Shown: piece by piece, positions 46,377 through 55,889 of the stretch | How the letters are laid out: each line of letters starts with the position of its first letter | How positions within the stretch are numbered: position 1 is the stretch's first letter | Program-made: the position numbers and the translations under genes | NCBI GenBank assembly: GCA_947627635.1 | Contig: CANQWT010000001.1 | Coordinates: 18,325-82,324, forward strand | DNA: 64,000 nt | DNA from: an uncultured Bacilli bacterium | GTDB taxonomy: Bacteria; Bacillota_I; Bacilli_A; RF39; UBA660 | Direction of reading: 5' to 3' | The notes under the pieces: generated by a model | The model's database searches: none | What the model saw: only the letters and a program-made list of their open reading frames with translations | Told to the model about the DNA's origin: nothing

Positions 46377-46595
46377 ATGAAAAAAAAGATTATTCCAGAT
46401 ATAAAGCCTAAAGTATCAATTTCTTTAGACTGTGTACCTACGAATATTGAAGAACGAAAAAACAATATAAAACAATTTTATGATGTCTGTAATGAAGTAA
46501 TAACGGATCCTAACTGTTTCTATTCTAAAGAAGAAATAGAAGAACTCAAAAAGAACGTACAAAAGCAAAAAGAAATGAATATAAAGTTTATCTAA
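46377..46595 (+). CDS. Hypothetical phage protein, 72 aa
   Basis: ORF preceded by AGGAGGG RBS. Confidence 0.35.
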   Translation: MKKKIIPDIKPKVSISLDCVPTNIEERKNNIKQFYDVCNEVITDPNCFYSKEEIEELKKNVQKQKEMNIKFI

Positions 46596-46658
46596 TAAAG
46601 AATCATTTAAGGAGGTGGTCGTATGTGAAAAATTATATAGACTTAACTTAAAAAGGAG

Positions 46659-46913
46659 GTGGAAAAAATGAAAGTTAAGAGAAGAAAAATAAATTGGTTA
46701 GCTGTGATTTCATTAGTATTGTTTTTAGCAAGTCTAGCCTTAATAATTCACGATTTCTATATGCTTACAATTTATAGCATTATTCATTCTATAACTGTAA
46801 GTCTGACCTGGTTTGGTTTAGGAACTCTAGTTATTGCTTTTATGGTTGCTGGCTGTACTTATGACTATTTAGAAGAAAGATTTACTAGAGTAACAAAAAA
46901 AGAGAGAGCCTAG
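46659..46913 (+). CDS. Small 2-TM membrane protein (phage)
   Basis: AAGGAGG RBS. Two hydrophobic helices. Confidence 0.35.
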   Translation: MEKMKVKRRKINWLAVISLVLFLASLALIIHDFYMLTIYSIIHSITVSLTWFGLGTLVIAFMVAGCTYDYLEERFTRVTKKERA

Positions 46914-46992
46914 GCGAGACCTCTCATTATGAATATTTTGTTAAATATTCACTCCACCATTATATCAAAAAAGTGGAGTTCTAGCAAAGGCG

Positions 46993-47697
46993 GTGGTAAA
47001 TATCAATGGTAATTGGATTAAATTGTTTTCTAAGTTTATAAATTGGGAATGGTATAAAGACCAAAATACCAAAAGTTTATTTATTCACTGTCTATTAAAA
47101 GCTAATTGGAAAGACGAAAAGTTCGAGGGAATAGTTGTTCCTAGAGGTAGTTTTGTAACGTCGCTAGATACATTATCAAAAGAATTAGGTTTGTCAGTAC
47201 AAGCAATTCGAACAGCACTAAAACACTTAATTTCAACAAAGGAACTAACAAGCAAAAGTACCAATAAATACCGCATAATTACAATAGTAAATTACGAATT
47301 GTATCAGCAAGTCAACAAGCAAACTAACAATCAATTAACAAGCGAACAACAAACAGGTAACAATCAACTAACAACAATAGAAGAATATATAGAATATAAG
47401 ACTAAAGAAGAATATAAGAAAAATAGTGTGTGTAATGAGGAGACGCAAAAAAATTTTGATTGTCATTTAGGTAGCTTTTATAAAACTTTAACTTGTATAG
47501 ATTGTATGAAGAAATGGAAGTGTCCGCTACCAGACGATCCTACTTTTAAAGGAATACACGGTAAGACATTTTACGAATATGTAGCGGAAAAGGAACTTAG
47601 AAAATTAGAGGTTGCTAAAGAATTAGAAAATATGAAAGAAAGCCCTAACCAAGAACTATTCGAATACGATTGGCTTAATGATAAGGGGGAGGAATAA
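46993..47697 (+). CDS. Putative phage replication protein (replisome-organizer N-terminal domain-like wHTH)
   Basis: WIKLFSKFINWEWYKD...LFIHCLLKANW...VTSLDTLSKELGLSVQAIRTALKHL resembles the phage replisome organizer N-terminal domain, from memory. Confidence 0.4.
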   Translation: MVNINGNWIKLFSKFINWEWYKDQNTKSLFIHCLLKANWKDEKFEGIVVPRGSFVTSLDTLSKELGLSVQAIRTALKHLISTKELTSKSTNKYRIITIVNYELYQQVNKQTNNQLTSEQQTGNNQLTTIEEYIEYKTKEEYKKNSVCNEETQKNFDCHLGSFYKTLTCIDCMKKWKCPLPDDPTFKGIHGKTFYEYVAEKELRKLEVAKELENMKESPNQELFEYDWLNDKGEE

Positions 47698-48344
47698 TGA
47701 AACGTGAAGAATGGCTAGAGGAACGTAATAAAGGTATAGGTGGCTCAGATGTAGCGTGTATCTTTGGTATGAGTCCTTACAAAACAAACGTAGAACTATG
47801 GGAGGAAAAAGTAGGAATAAGAGAACCAGAAGACATCTCTCAGAAAGAATACGTACAGAATGGAACCGATAGCGAGGATCCATTGAGAAAATTATTCGCT
47901 ATAGATTATAAACAATATGAAGTCTTACACGAAGAATACGAAAATATTGTTAATAAAGAATTTCCGTTTATAAGAGTAAGCCCTGATAGTAGACTTATTG
48001 AAAAAGAGACGGGACGCAAAGGCTTTTTAGAAATAAAAAGGTGCGAAATTATGAATCATAGACAATATGAAAAATGGAAAGACGGAAATATTCCGCAAAA
48101 TTACTATCTACAAACATTACAGTATTTTCTAGCTGACGAAGATATGGACTTTGGTTATTTAAGAGCATATCTTATAAGACATTTAGCTGACGGTACTGTA
48201 ATACGTGAGATACGGGATTATGTGATAGCAAATAGTCGCAACGAAGTACAAGACGATCTCGATTATCTTAAACCAAAGGAAATAGAGTTCTGGAATTGTG
48301 TAGAAAACAAAATAAGACCAGCACTTATATTGCCGAAAATATAA
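47697..48344 (+). CDS. YqaJ-like viral recombinase exonuclease (PD-(D/E)XK)
   Basis: GIGGSDVACIFGMSPYKT..ELWEEK is the YqaJ signature. Confidence 0.65.
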   Translation: MKREEWLEERNKGIGGSDVACIFGMSPYKTNVELWEEKVGIREPEDISQKEYVQNGTDSEDPLRKLFAIDYKQYEVLHEEYENIVNKEFPFIRVSPDSRLIEKETGRKGFLEIKRCEIMNHRQYEKWKDGNIPQNYYLQTLQYFLADEDMDFGYLRAYLIRHLADGTVIREIRDYVIANSRNEVQDDLDYLKPKEIEFWNCVENKIRPALILPKI

Positions 48345-48347
48345 AAT

Positions 48348-49214
48348 ATGGAGGAAAAAAATATGGAAACAAATTTACAATTAGTTATTAGTCCATTACA
48401 AAAAATGGAAGCAATTAAATTTAATTATGAAGAATTAAAAGAGGGGTTAAAGTCAAGTCTTACTAAATATCAAAATCTAGTGTATACGCCTGAAACAATA
48501 AAAGAGGCTAAAGACGATAGAGCTAAATTAAATGCACTAGCTAAATCTTTGAATGACGGGAAGATAAATATTAAAAAAGAATTTATGGTACCTTATGACG
48601 AGTTTGAGGGGAAAATAAAAGAACTAATAGAACTTGTTAAAGAGCCAGCCAACGAGATAGATAAACAAGTGAAAGTTTTTGAGGAGCAAGAAAAAGCCAA
48701 AAAACGTAAAGAAATAGAGGAAGTTTATCAAGAAAATATAGGTAATTACTCAGATTTAATTTTGTTAGAGAAAATATATGATTCTCGTTGGGAAAATAAA
48801 ACTTATAAAATTACAGACATAAAAAAAGAGATTCAAGATGTTGTTAAGAAAGCTGATAGCGATTTAAAAGTTATTGAAAGTCAAGATCCAGAATTTTTAA
48901 ACAATATGAAAGATGTTTATTTTAATACTTTAGATTTAGGACAAGCTTTAGTAGAAAAAGATAGATTAACTAGACTAAAAGAAACTTTAAAATCTAAGGA
49001 AGAAGTAAAAGAAACAACAGTAAATGACGATAGTGTGGACGCTGTTAGATATGCTACTGAAAATATAGGAGTAGATACTTCTAAAGAGGAATCAGTACAG
49101 GTAAATTCAAAAATAGTAAAAATTACATTTACTGTAGAATGTACCGAACAACAACTACTTGCTTTAGGACAATATATGAAAAATAACGGTATTAAATATG
49201 GGAGGGCTGAATAA
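48348..49214 (+). CDS. Hypothetical coiled-coil phage protein between exonuclease and RecT
   Basis: ORF only; highly charged. Confidence 0.4.
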   Translation: MEEKNMETNLQLVISPLQKMEAIKFNYEELKEGLKSSLTKYQNLVYTPETIKEAKDDRAKLNALAKSLNDGKINIKKEFMVPYDEFEGKIKELIELVKEPANEIDKQVKVFEEQEKAKKRKEIEEVYQENIGNYSDLILLEKIYDSRWENKTYKITDIKKEIQDVVKKADSDLKVIESQDPEFLNNMKDVYFNTLDLGQALVEKDRLTRLKETLKSKEEVKETTVNDDSVDAVRYATENIGVDTSKEESVQVNSKIVKITFTVECTEQQLLALGQYMKNNGIKYGRAE

Positions 49215-50113
49215 TGGCTGTTGCTAATAAACTAGTTCCAGCTACCTCACAAAAACCAAAAGTAACATTTACTGACTATATAGCTGGAGAAAATATTAAG
49301 AAAAAAATTAACGAAATGGTAGGAGGAAAAAATAGTCAGAGATTTATTACAGCTGTCGTAAGTGCTGTTTCAAATAATAGAGATTTAGGAATGTGTAATC
49401 CTAGCACCATTATTGCTGGAGCACTATTAGGAGAAGCTTTACAACTATCTCCGTCTCCTCAATTAGGACAATATTATTTAGTTCCTTATAACATCAAAAG
49501 AAAAGACGCTCAAGGTAAAGATTATTGGGAAAAAGTAGCTCAGTTTCAATTAGGTTATAAAGGCTATATTCAATTAGCTATTAGAAGTAATTTCTATCGT
49601 GATTTAGATGTTTTAGAGGTTAGAGAGGGAGAATACCTAGGACGTGATAAAAATACTGGTAAGCACCGTTTTAATTTCATAACTAACGAAGAAGAAAGAA
49701 ACTCTAAAGCTGTAGTAGGTTATTTAGCATACTTTGAATATACAAACGGATTTACTAAAACTTTATATTGGACTAAGTCAGCTATGGAAAATCACGCTAT
49801 TACTTATAGTAAAGCTTATGCGTCAGACAAAGAAAAAAATACTAAATTTAGTTTTTGGACGACTAAGTTTGACGATATGGCTTTTAAAACAATGATAAGA
49901 CAACTAATTTCTCGTTGGGGAATTATGTCTATAGAAATGCAAACAGCTTTTGAAAGAGATATGGCTGTTATCAATGAAAATGAAAGCTACGAGTATGTCG
50001 ATAATGACGATTCTATGGTTCCAGACGAGCCAATTATAGAACCACCTATAGAAAAACCAGTACAAGAACAAGAACCAGCGGACAATGCTGTAGACCAATT
50101 CTTTAATCAATAG
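49214..50113 (+). CDS. recT: RecT-family single-strand annealing protein
   Basis: VTFTDYIAGENIKKKINEMVGGK...FITAVVSAVSNN...LGQYYLVPY is RecT-like. Confidence 0.75.
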   Translation: MAVANKLVPATSQKPKVTFTDYIAGENIKKKINEMVGGKNSQRFITAVVSAVSNNRDLGMCNPSTIIAGALLGEALQLSPSPQLGQYYLVPYNIKRKDAQGKDYWEKVAQFQLGYKGYIQLAIRSNFYRDLDVLEVREGEYLGRDKNTGKHRFNFITNEEERNSKAVVGYLAYFEYTNGFTKTLYWTKSAMENHAITYSKAYASDKEKNTKFSFWTTKFDDMAFKTMIRQLISRWGIMSIEMQTAFERDMAVINENESYEYVDNDDSMVPDEPIIEPPIEKPVQEQEPADNAVDQFFNQ

Positions 50114-50124
50114 GAGGAATAAGA

Positions 50125-50385
50125 ATGTATATCGTAAACTTACTAAGTATGGAAAAACGTATAAAAGCGTATTTAACCAGTGAAAAAGAAAAAATAAATA
50201 AAGAATATGAGGTTTTAGACAAACCAACTAAGTATATGTGTGATCTAGAAGTTAGTTTTACTGAGGATTTATTAAAGCTAATTGATAACTATAAACAAAG
50301 ACTTGATAAGGTTACAGATATACTCATAGAAAATTCAAAGGAGGGAAAGAATGAATCTAGTAGTACAAACAGGACGCTTAGCTAG
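50125..50385 (+). CDS. Hypothetical phage protein, 86 aa
   Basis: ORF only. Confidence 0.3.
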   Translation: MYIVNLLSMEKRIKAYLTSEKEKINKEYEVLDKPTKYMCDLEVSFTEDLLKLIDNYKQRLDKVTDILIENSKEGKNESSSTNRTLS

Positions 50386-50803
50386 AGATGTTGAATTGAG
50401 ATACACGCCGAATAATAAAGCTGTAGCTCAATTCACTATAGCTGTAAGAAAAAGTTTTATTAAAGAAAATGAAGACGAAACAGCCTACTTTTTCCCAGTT
50501 ATTATATGGGGAGCTCAAGCCGAAAATTGTAAAAAATACTTACATAAAGAAAGTAAAGTAGGAGTTACTGGAGAATTAAGAAGCCGAAGCTATGAAAAAG
50601 ATAATCAAACTAAATATGTTACTGAAATAGTAGCCGATAGAGTAGAGTTCTTAGAACCTAAAGCAAAAGATAATACTAATACCGAACAAGATAACTATAT
50701 GCCAAACGAAGAAAATATACCGTACGAACCAGAAAGAGAACAAGCGTCGCTTTATGACAATGACTATATAAATCAAATTAGCGACGACGATCTACCGTTT
50801 TAA
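50351..50803 (+). CDS. ssb: Single-stranded DNA-binding protein
   Basis: OB-fold N-terminus MNLVVQTGRLARDVELRYTPNNKAVAQFTIAV and acidic DDDLPF tail. Confidence 0.85.
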   Translation: MNLVVQTGRLARDVELRYTPNNKAVAQFTIAVRKSFIKENEDETAYFFPVIIWGAQAENCKKYLHKESKVGVTGELRSRSYEKDNQTKYVTEIVADRVEFLEPKAKDNTNTEQDNYMPNEENIPYEPEREQASLYDNDYINQISDDDLPF

Positions 50804-51150
50804 TGGTTAAGAGCGAGTTTGAAGATTATTCCGAAATAAAAGAGGATTGCGAACAATATAGAGATTTAGCTCGAAGATATTTAGCTTTAGATTTATCAGA
50901 TCCTAACTTATGTTTTGAAGTAAAAAAAGACGCTTGGGCGTTAGCACAGCGTTGGAGTGATATAGCGAGTATGGCTAGTAAAATAGCAAGACTACACGAT
51001 TCTTCTAAAACAGATTTTAGGGATTGGGCGTATCAAAGATATAGACAATTACAATATATGCACGAAGACGCTCGTATGATGTGGAATAAAGCTGAGGAAG
51101 AATTAAAATTTATAACACGTTTTGAAAAATACGGAGTTGTAAGTAATTGA
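50803..51150 (+). CDS. Hypothetical phage protein, 115 aa
   Basis: ORF only. Confidence 0.35.
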   Translation: MVKSEFEDYSEIKEDCEQYRDLARRYLALDLSDPNLCFEVKKDAWALAQRWSDIASMASKIARLHDSSKTDFRDWAYQRYRQLQYMHEDARMMWNKAEEELKFITRFEKYGVVSN

Positions 51151-51503
51151 TAAGAACTAAACATCTAAAATCAAAAAGAGCTAAAGCTACCAGTATTACT
51201 AAGCAAGTAAAACTCGAAGTATGGGAACGTGATAAAGGGCGTTGCGTGGTATGTGGAAATACATATAACGTAATGCCTAACGCTCACGTTGTCCCTAGAA
51301 GCAAAGGCGGTATGGGTATAGTTACTAATATAGTTACTTTATGTACTAACTTAACTGAAAATAAATGCCACCATTATTACGACAACGGTACAAAAGCTCA
51401 AAGGGAAGCTATTGACGCTAAAATCGTTGCGTATATGAAACGGTGCTATGGGGAGAGTTGGAATAAGGAAGACCAGATATATAGAAAATATGGAGGTAAA
51501 TAA
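51147..51503 (+). CDS. HNH endonuclease
   Basis: CVVCG...NAHVVPRSKGG...LCTNLTENKCHH is HNH-like (Cys/His/Asn spacing). Confidence 0.55.
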   Translation: MIRTKHLKSKRAKATSITKQVKLEVWERDKGRCVVCGNTYNVMPNAHVVPRSKGGMGIVTNIVTLCTNLTENKCHHYYDNGTKAQREAIDAKIVAYMKRCYGESWNKEDQIYRKYGGK

Positions 51504-51790
51504 TGGAAAGCAACAATTTATCTGAATCATTTAAAAAGCTCGGAGAGGCTATTTCTGAAATAGCTGGAGGAATAATAGACGCATTTAGCGAAGCATTAAA
51601 AGAGGTTTTAAAGTTAATGGAAAAAATAGACTTAGATAAAAAATTATCAAGAAAAAAATTTATTAAACTTTTAATGAGTAAAGGTATTCAAAGAAACGAA
51701 GCAAATAAAATAGCTTGGGAAATTCATAAAGAATACGGAAAATATACACTAAAAAATTTATTAGAAATTGTAAAAAATAAGGAGGAATAG
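51503..51790 (+). CDS. Hypothetical phage protein, 95 aa
   Basis: ORF only. Confidence 0.3.
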   Translation: MESNNLSESFKKLGEAISEIAGGIIDAFSEALKEVLKLMEKIDLDKKLSRKKFIKLLMSKGIQRNEANKIAWEIHKEYGKYTLKNLLEIVKNKEE

Positions 51791-51792
51791 AA

Positions 51793-52011
51793 ATGTTAGA
51801 AGAAATTGTTAAAGAACAAAGGGAGTTACAGGTTGATTCAATAGGGCGTTTATTAGAATTACATAGGTTTTTAATAAATAAGGATCCAAAGCCAATAGAT
51901 AAAATTGAGGAAACTTGCTTTACTGATACGGTAAAAAATAGTTTAGAACAAACAAGATTGATTCACGATTTAATAATTGACATATCAGAAATAATTAAAG
52001 GAGGAAAGTAA
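51793..52011 (+). CDS. Hypothetical phage protein, 72 aa
   Basis: ORF with GGAGG RBS. Confidence 0.3.
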   Translation: MLEEIVKEQRELQVDSIGRLLELHRFLINKDPKPIDKIEETCFTDTVKNSLEQTRLIHDLIIDISEIIKGGK

Positions 52012-52012
52012 T

Positions 52013-52183
52013 ATGTCCTCTGTATTAAGAAAAATAAAAAGAAATAAAGAAAGAGACGAAGTTTTAAATAGGTATGGTAAGAAGCCTAAACACGCTTGTC
52101 CTAAATGTGGAAAACTTACATTATTTCAAAGAAAAGGTAAGAACGTAATATGCGTTCAATGTAAAAAGGTGGTTAACGAATGA
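52013..52183 (+). CDS. Small zinc-ribbon protein (56 aa; not in ORF track)
   Basis: MSSVLRKIKRNKERDEVLNRYGKKPKHACPKCGKLTLFQRKGKNVICVQCKKVVNE with CPKC...CVQC. GGAGGAAAG RBS. Confidence 0.35.
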   Translation: MSSVLRKIKRNKERDEVLNRYGKKPKHACPKCGKLTLFQRKGKNVICVQCKKVVNE

Positions 52184-52449
52184 CAGTAGTAGAGGGTTTA
52201 ATAAGTGTAGTTTTAATCGTAGCTATAGTAATTATGATTTTAGGCTATATAGGTACAAGATTCGGAGTAACTGAATTAAAAGAAGAAAATAAGAAAAAAG
52301 ACGAGTTAATAGTTAATCTAAATAATCAAATTTTAGAATTACATAAAAAGCTTCGTAAAAAAAGAAATAAGAAAAAAGAAACTAATTCAAAAAGTAAGTC
52401 TGGAGGTAAAAAAGATGTTAAAGGAAAAAGTAAGAAGAATCATAAATAA
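52180..52449 (+). CDS. Small membrane protein with basic tail (phage)
   Basis: One TM plus lysine-rich C-terminus. Confidence 0.3.
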   Translation: MTVVEGLISVVLIVAIVIMILGYIGTRFGVTELKEENKKKDELIVNLNNQILELHKKLRKKRNKKKETNSKSKSGGKKDVKGKSKKNHK

Positions 52450-52741
52450 TATTATAGATTTTATTAAAGGAGATACATTTAAACTAATTCTTACAATGTC
52501 GTCATTATGCGTAGCTTGTATAGCTGTATTGTGGGGGTATATTATGACGGTACTTACTAACGATTTAACAAATGTAGTTATTGAGAAAGATAAAGAAAAT
52601 CAGCAATTACAAACAGAAGTAGAATATTACAGTATGGAAGCTACAAGATATAAAATGCTTAGTGAAGAATATTACGAGTTATTTTATGATTGCCAGTCTC
52701 ACAATTCTTATACTGGAGAAATAGAGGAAGATAGTGAGTAG
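52415..52741 (+). CDS. Small membrane protein (phage)
   Basis: One TM plus coiled coil. Confidence 0.3.
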   Translation: MLKEKVRRIINNIIDFIKGDTFKLILTMSSLCVACIAVLWGYIMTVLTNDLTNVVIEKDKENQQLQTEVEYYSMEATRYKMLSEEYYELFYDCQSHNSYTGEIEEDSE

Positions 52742-53000
52742 CTATCAATTTGACATTTTTGGTAATTCAATTCCTATAGAGGAAACATCAAAAAATATAA
52801 AGCACGGTGGAAGAATTACTAAAAAAAGTTTATTTAGAAGTATCAATGGCTATAAAAGTGGATTCTATTGTAAAAATTGTAAATATTTTAGGGAATTAAG
52901 ATATAACAGAAAATATTTTAAGTGTGAAAAATTAGGTATTACATCTTCTGAGGCTACAGATATTCGCAAAAATGATATCGCTTGTAATTTATATAGGTAA
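52734..53000 (+). CDS. Hypothetical phage protein with CxxC pairs
   Basis: CKNCKY...CEK Cys pairs. Confidence 0.3.
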   Translation: MSSYQFDIFGNSIPIEETSKNIKHGGRITKKSLFRSINGYKSGFYCKNCKYFRELRYNRKYFKCEKLGITSSEATDIRKNDIACNLYR

Positions 53001-53003
53001 GCT

Positions 53004-53522
53004 ATGAATGAGATATGGAAACCAATAGAATATGATCTTAGGTATCAAGTATCTAATTGGGGAAGATTTAGAAAAAAGAATCCTAAAAATGGCTATAGAT
53101 ATTTAAAACCTTTTAGAAAACAAAATCTGTTTTTAATCAAGGTAAAAGATAAAGATATGAATTGTGCTAGATTGGTTGCTAATGCTTTTATAAAAACTTT
53201 ATCTCCAACTGATAGAGTTTATCATAAAAATAAAATTGAGGACGATAATTTTTATCGAAATTTAGAAGTAATTTCTTTGAAAGAACTCGGAAAAAGAACT
53301 GGCTATATGTCTAAATCCAAACGAGTAGTAGAAGTAAAAAACAACGAAATTGTTAGAGATTGGGGATCAGCCAGAAAAGCCAGTAAAGATTTATTTATTT
53401 CGTATCAAACAGTTATGGATTATTGTAATAATAAAGTTAAAAGACCAATGTATAACTTGATGTGGGAGGACGATTATTTCGATAAGATATTCGAAAAATT
53501 TAGTTGGGAAAAAAGGAGGTAA
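53004..53522 (+). CDS. HNH homing-endonuclease-like protein (NUMOD4 plus HNH_3)
   Basis: YQVSNWGR (NUMOD4 motif), ARLVANAF, and a C-terminal DNA-binding module. Confidence 0.5.
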   Translation: MNEIWKPIEYDLRYQVSNWGRFRKKNPKNGYRYLKPFRKQNLFLIKVKDKDMNCARLVANAFIKTLSPTDRVYHKNKIEDDNFYRNLEVISLKELGKRTGYMSKSKRVVEVKNNEIVRDWGSARKASKDLFISYQTVMDYCNNKVKRPMYNLMWEDDYFDKIFEKFSWEKRR

Positions 53523-53525
53523 ATA

Positions 53526-54092
53526 TTGGAAGTAGTTAATTTTAATAAAAAACAATGGCGACAAGACTTTGCGACATACGTTAAAAATAAATTAGGTTGG
53601 AATCACGCTAGAGTAACTAAATCAATAGTTATAGAAAAAAGTCATTATGATAATTCTTTAGGAGAATATATAACATCATTAAAAGAATTTAGCGTTATAA
53701 ATGGAACTGGGGACGAAGTAAAAATACAGTATTATCACGATAGTATTGTTGGAGAAGACGGTATGTATTATACAGACAGGGATTTTAATTTAGTTTATGA
53801 CTATTTAGAGGAAATAAAAAAAGAGCCACTGTGGTTTTTATTAAATGATTTCTTTTATAGAAATAAATGTAATAACGGTTTTATAAGTCAAGATAAAGAT
53901 TTTTACGCTTTTGTTAAAAAGAATAATAGATATAGAGTTTATAGAAAAAGTGATACTAACTTTACTATAGAAGTTGAAACAGTTAAATATTTTGAATGTA
54001 TATTATTGAAAAAAATAGAAAATATTAAGTCAATAAAATTGGTAGAAAAAATATTGGAGGAAATAATCAATGGAACTTATAAAGAGGAATGA
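53526..54092 (+). CDS. Hypothetical phage protein, 188 aa
   Basis: ORF only. Confidence 0.35.
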   Translation: MEVVNFNKKQWRQDFATYVKNKLGWNHARVTKSIVIEKSHYDNSLGEYITSLKEFSVINGTGDEVKIQYYHDSIVGEDGMYYTDRDFNLVYDYLEEIKKEPLWFLLNDFFYRNKCNNGFISQDKDFYAFVKKNNRYRVYRKSDTNFTIEVETVKYFECILLKKIENIKSIKLVEKILEEIINGTYKEE

Positions 54093-54300
54093 TTTAAAGT
54101 TAATTTTTACTAATTATATAGGAGAAGCTAAAGACGATAAAGATAATTTAATATGTGAGTGTAGAACAACACAACATTATGATCCAATTATAGTATTTCC
54201 AGACGGAGATATGGTAATAATATCGTGGACTGATATATATAACATAGCTAAAGAATATAAAGATAAATGTTATGAGGAGGTAAAAAATGAATCAATATAA
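54070..54300 (+). CDS. Hypothetical phage protein, 76 aa
   Basis: ORF only. Confidence 0.3.
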   Translation: MELIKRNDLKLIFTNYIGEAKDDKDNLICECRTTQHYDPIIVFPDGDMVIISWTDIYNIAKEYKDKCYEEVKNESI

Positions 54301-54649
54301 AGTGAATCTTTACGACGAAGTTATAAACGATAAAGGAACTTATAAAGTTATAGCTGGTAATTTAAAAAGAGGCTTTAGTACATTTATAGGTTGGACTGAT
54401 AATGATTCTACTCATTATGATATATTGTTTACTTATGGCTGTACTGGCGAGGGTTGTTATCAAAGAGGGATTAGAATTACTGATTTATTCGTAAGTATTA
54501 TGAGTATAGGTAGTTTTGGATTTAAAATTGATAGTCATAAGGAAGTTGGCTATATAGCGGAAAAATTATTCGGTAGTCGTATAGATAGAAGTGTCGAGGC
54601 TGTAACAGAACTTATTAACGGTGTTTTGGAGGAACTTAATAATGAATAA
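54287..54649 (+). CDS. Hypothetical phage protein, 120 aa
   Basis: ORF only. Confidence 0.3.
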   Translation: MNQYKVNLYDEVINDKGTYKVIAGNLKRGFSTFIGWTDNDSTHYDILFTYGCTGEGCYQRGIRITDLFVSIMSIGSFGFKIDSHKEVGYIAEKLFGSRIDRSVEAVTELINGVLEELNNE

Positions 54650-54827
54650 TTTAGGTAGTCAACAAAATCCAGCTCGTAATAATGACGAAATACGTAAGGC
54701 TCTAATTGGAAAAAGATATGGTGTTATATATACCTTAGGAACATTTAAAATAGATCAAGATGTTTTATTGGAATTAGAGTTTCATAGTGTAAAACTGTTA
54801 GCAATAGGGCGATTGGTTAGGAGGTAA
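54642..54827 (+). CDS. Hypothetical phage protein, ~61 aa
   Basis: The ATG at 54642 overlaps the upstream stop (MNNLGSQQNP...). The track's start at 54621 is less likely. Confidence 0.25.
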   Translation: MNNLGSQQNPARNNDEIRKALIGKRYGVIYTLGTFKIDQDVLLELEFHSVKLLAIGRLVRR

Positions 54828-54831
54828 TAAT

Positions 54832-55113
54832 ATGGAAATACCAGTTATACAAATAACAGCACCTAATATTTTAAATAAAGATACATTTAGCGAAAAAAAG
54901 GTAATTAGATATGATTATAGTGTTTCTCATTTAATTTATAAGGGAGAAGATTTAGGAACTATGGAAGACATAAAATCAAATATTCAAAAATTAAATGAAA
55001 TTACTGATATAGCTATGTTTCAAGCTAAAATGATTGAAAAATTAGTTAATAAAGATAAACTTACTAAGCAAGACAAAGAATACTTTTCACATTTTAAAAG
55101 GAGGGACAAGTAA
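54832..55113 (+). CDS. Hypothetical phage protein, 93 aa
   Basis: ORF only. Confidence 0.3.
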   Translation: MEIPVIQITAPNILNKDTFSEKKVIRYDYSVSHLIYKGEDLGTMEDIKSNIQKLNEITDIAMFQAKMIEKLVNKDKLTKQDKEYFSHFKRRDK

Positions 55114-55268
55114 TGTTTTTAATTAAGTTTATAGGTTATTTATTACTCTCAATAATAGCACTCATATTATTAGCTTTTATGTTTTTTCGTGATTAAGGCG
55201 TTCTTTATGTGTAATTTTACTAAGAAGAAACCATATAACTATAAAAAAATAGATGTAAGAGGTAAGAA

Positions 55269-55619
55269 ATGAATTTCGATACCACTGATTTAACAAGTTA
55301 CTACCCAGGTTATGACGAATATTGCGAACCTAGGGAAGAAACAAACGACGACGATTTTGATATAGACGCTATTATAGACGAGAGGAGACTTCAAGAAATG
55401 GAAGAAAAAGAAAGTAAAAAGGAAGTAGAATTATTCAAAGTTGTTTTTACTCAGGGGGCGAAAAGCGGACAGTTTGAGATTACTACATATCATAATGAAT
55501 TTTTAGAGAAAATTTGTAAGCAAGATCCTAGTACATTTCTAGCTACTAAGAAAACTATATTACAATCTCTAGAAAATATAGAAAGAAAAGTAAAGGAGGG
55601 AGAAAATGGAAGCGATTAA
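55269..55619 (+). CDS. Hypothetical acidic phage protein, 116 aa
   Basis: ORF only. Shares a ...ICKQDP.. / ..MCKQDP.. segment with the next ORF, so they may be paralogs. Confidence 0.3.
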   Translation: MNFDTTDLTSYYPGYDEYCEPREETNDDDFDIDAIIDERRLQEMEEKESKKEVELFKVVFTQGAKSGQFEITTYHNEFLEKICKQDPSTFLATKKTILQSLENIERKVKEGENGSD

Positions 55620-55878
55620 AAACGAAGCACCAGAACAAGAAAATAATAAAGTAGTGGCTGAATTATTATTAGTGTTAGCTGAGGTTAACAATGATAAACA
55701 CGAAGTAAGATTCGGAGCAAAAACCAATGAAGATGTACTATTAGAAATGTGTAAACAAGATCCAAAGTCTTGGGAAGTTTTTAAAAATGTAATTTTTGAA
55801 ACGTTAGATAAGATAGAGACAGCTTCTGGTTGCTATGCACTAAACGAAGAAAATACAGAAGTAATAAGAATAAAGTAA
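55606..55878 (+). CDS. Hypothetical phage protein, 90 aa (paralog-like of previous)
   Basis: EMCKQDPKSWEVFKNVIFETLDKIE vs EKICKQDPSTFLATKKTILQSLENIE in the previous ORF. Confidence 0.3.
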   Translation: MEAIKNEAPEQENNKVVAELLLVLAEVNNDKHEVRFGAKTNEDVLLEMCKQDPKSWEVFKNVIFETLDKIETASGCYALNEENTEVIRIK

Positions 55879-55889
55879 GGAGGTAAGAA

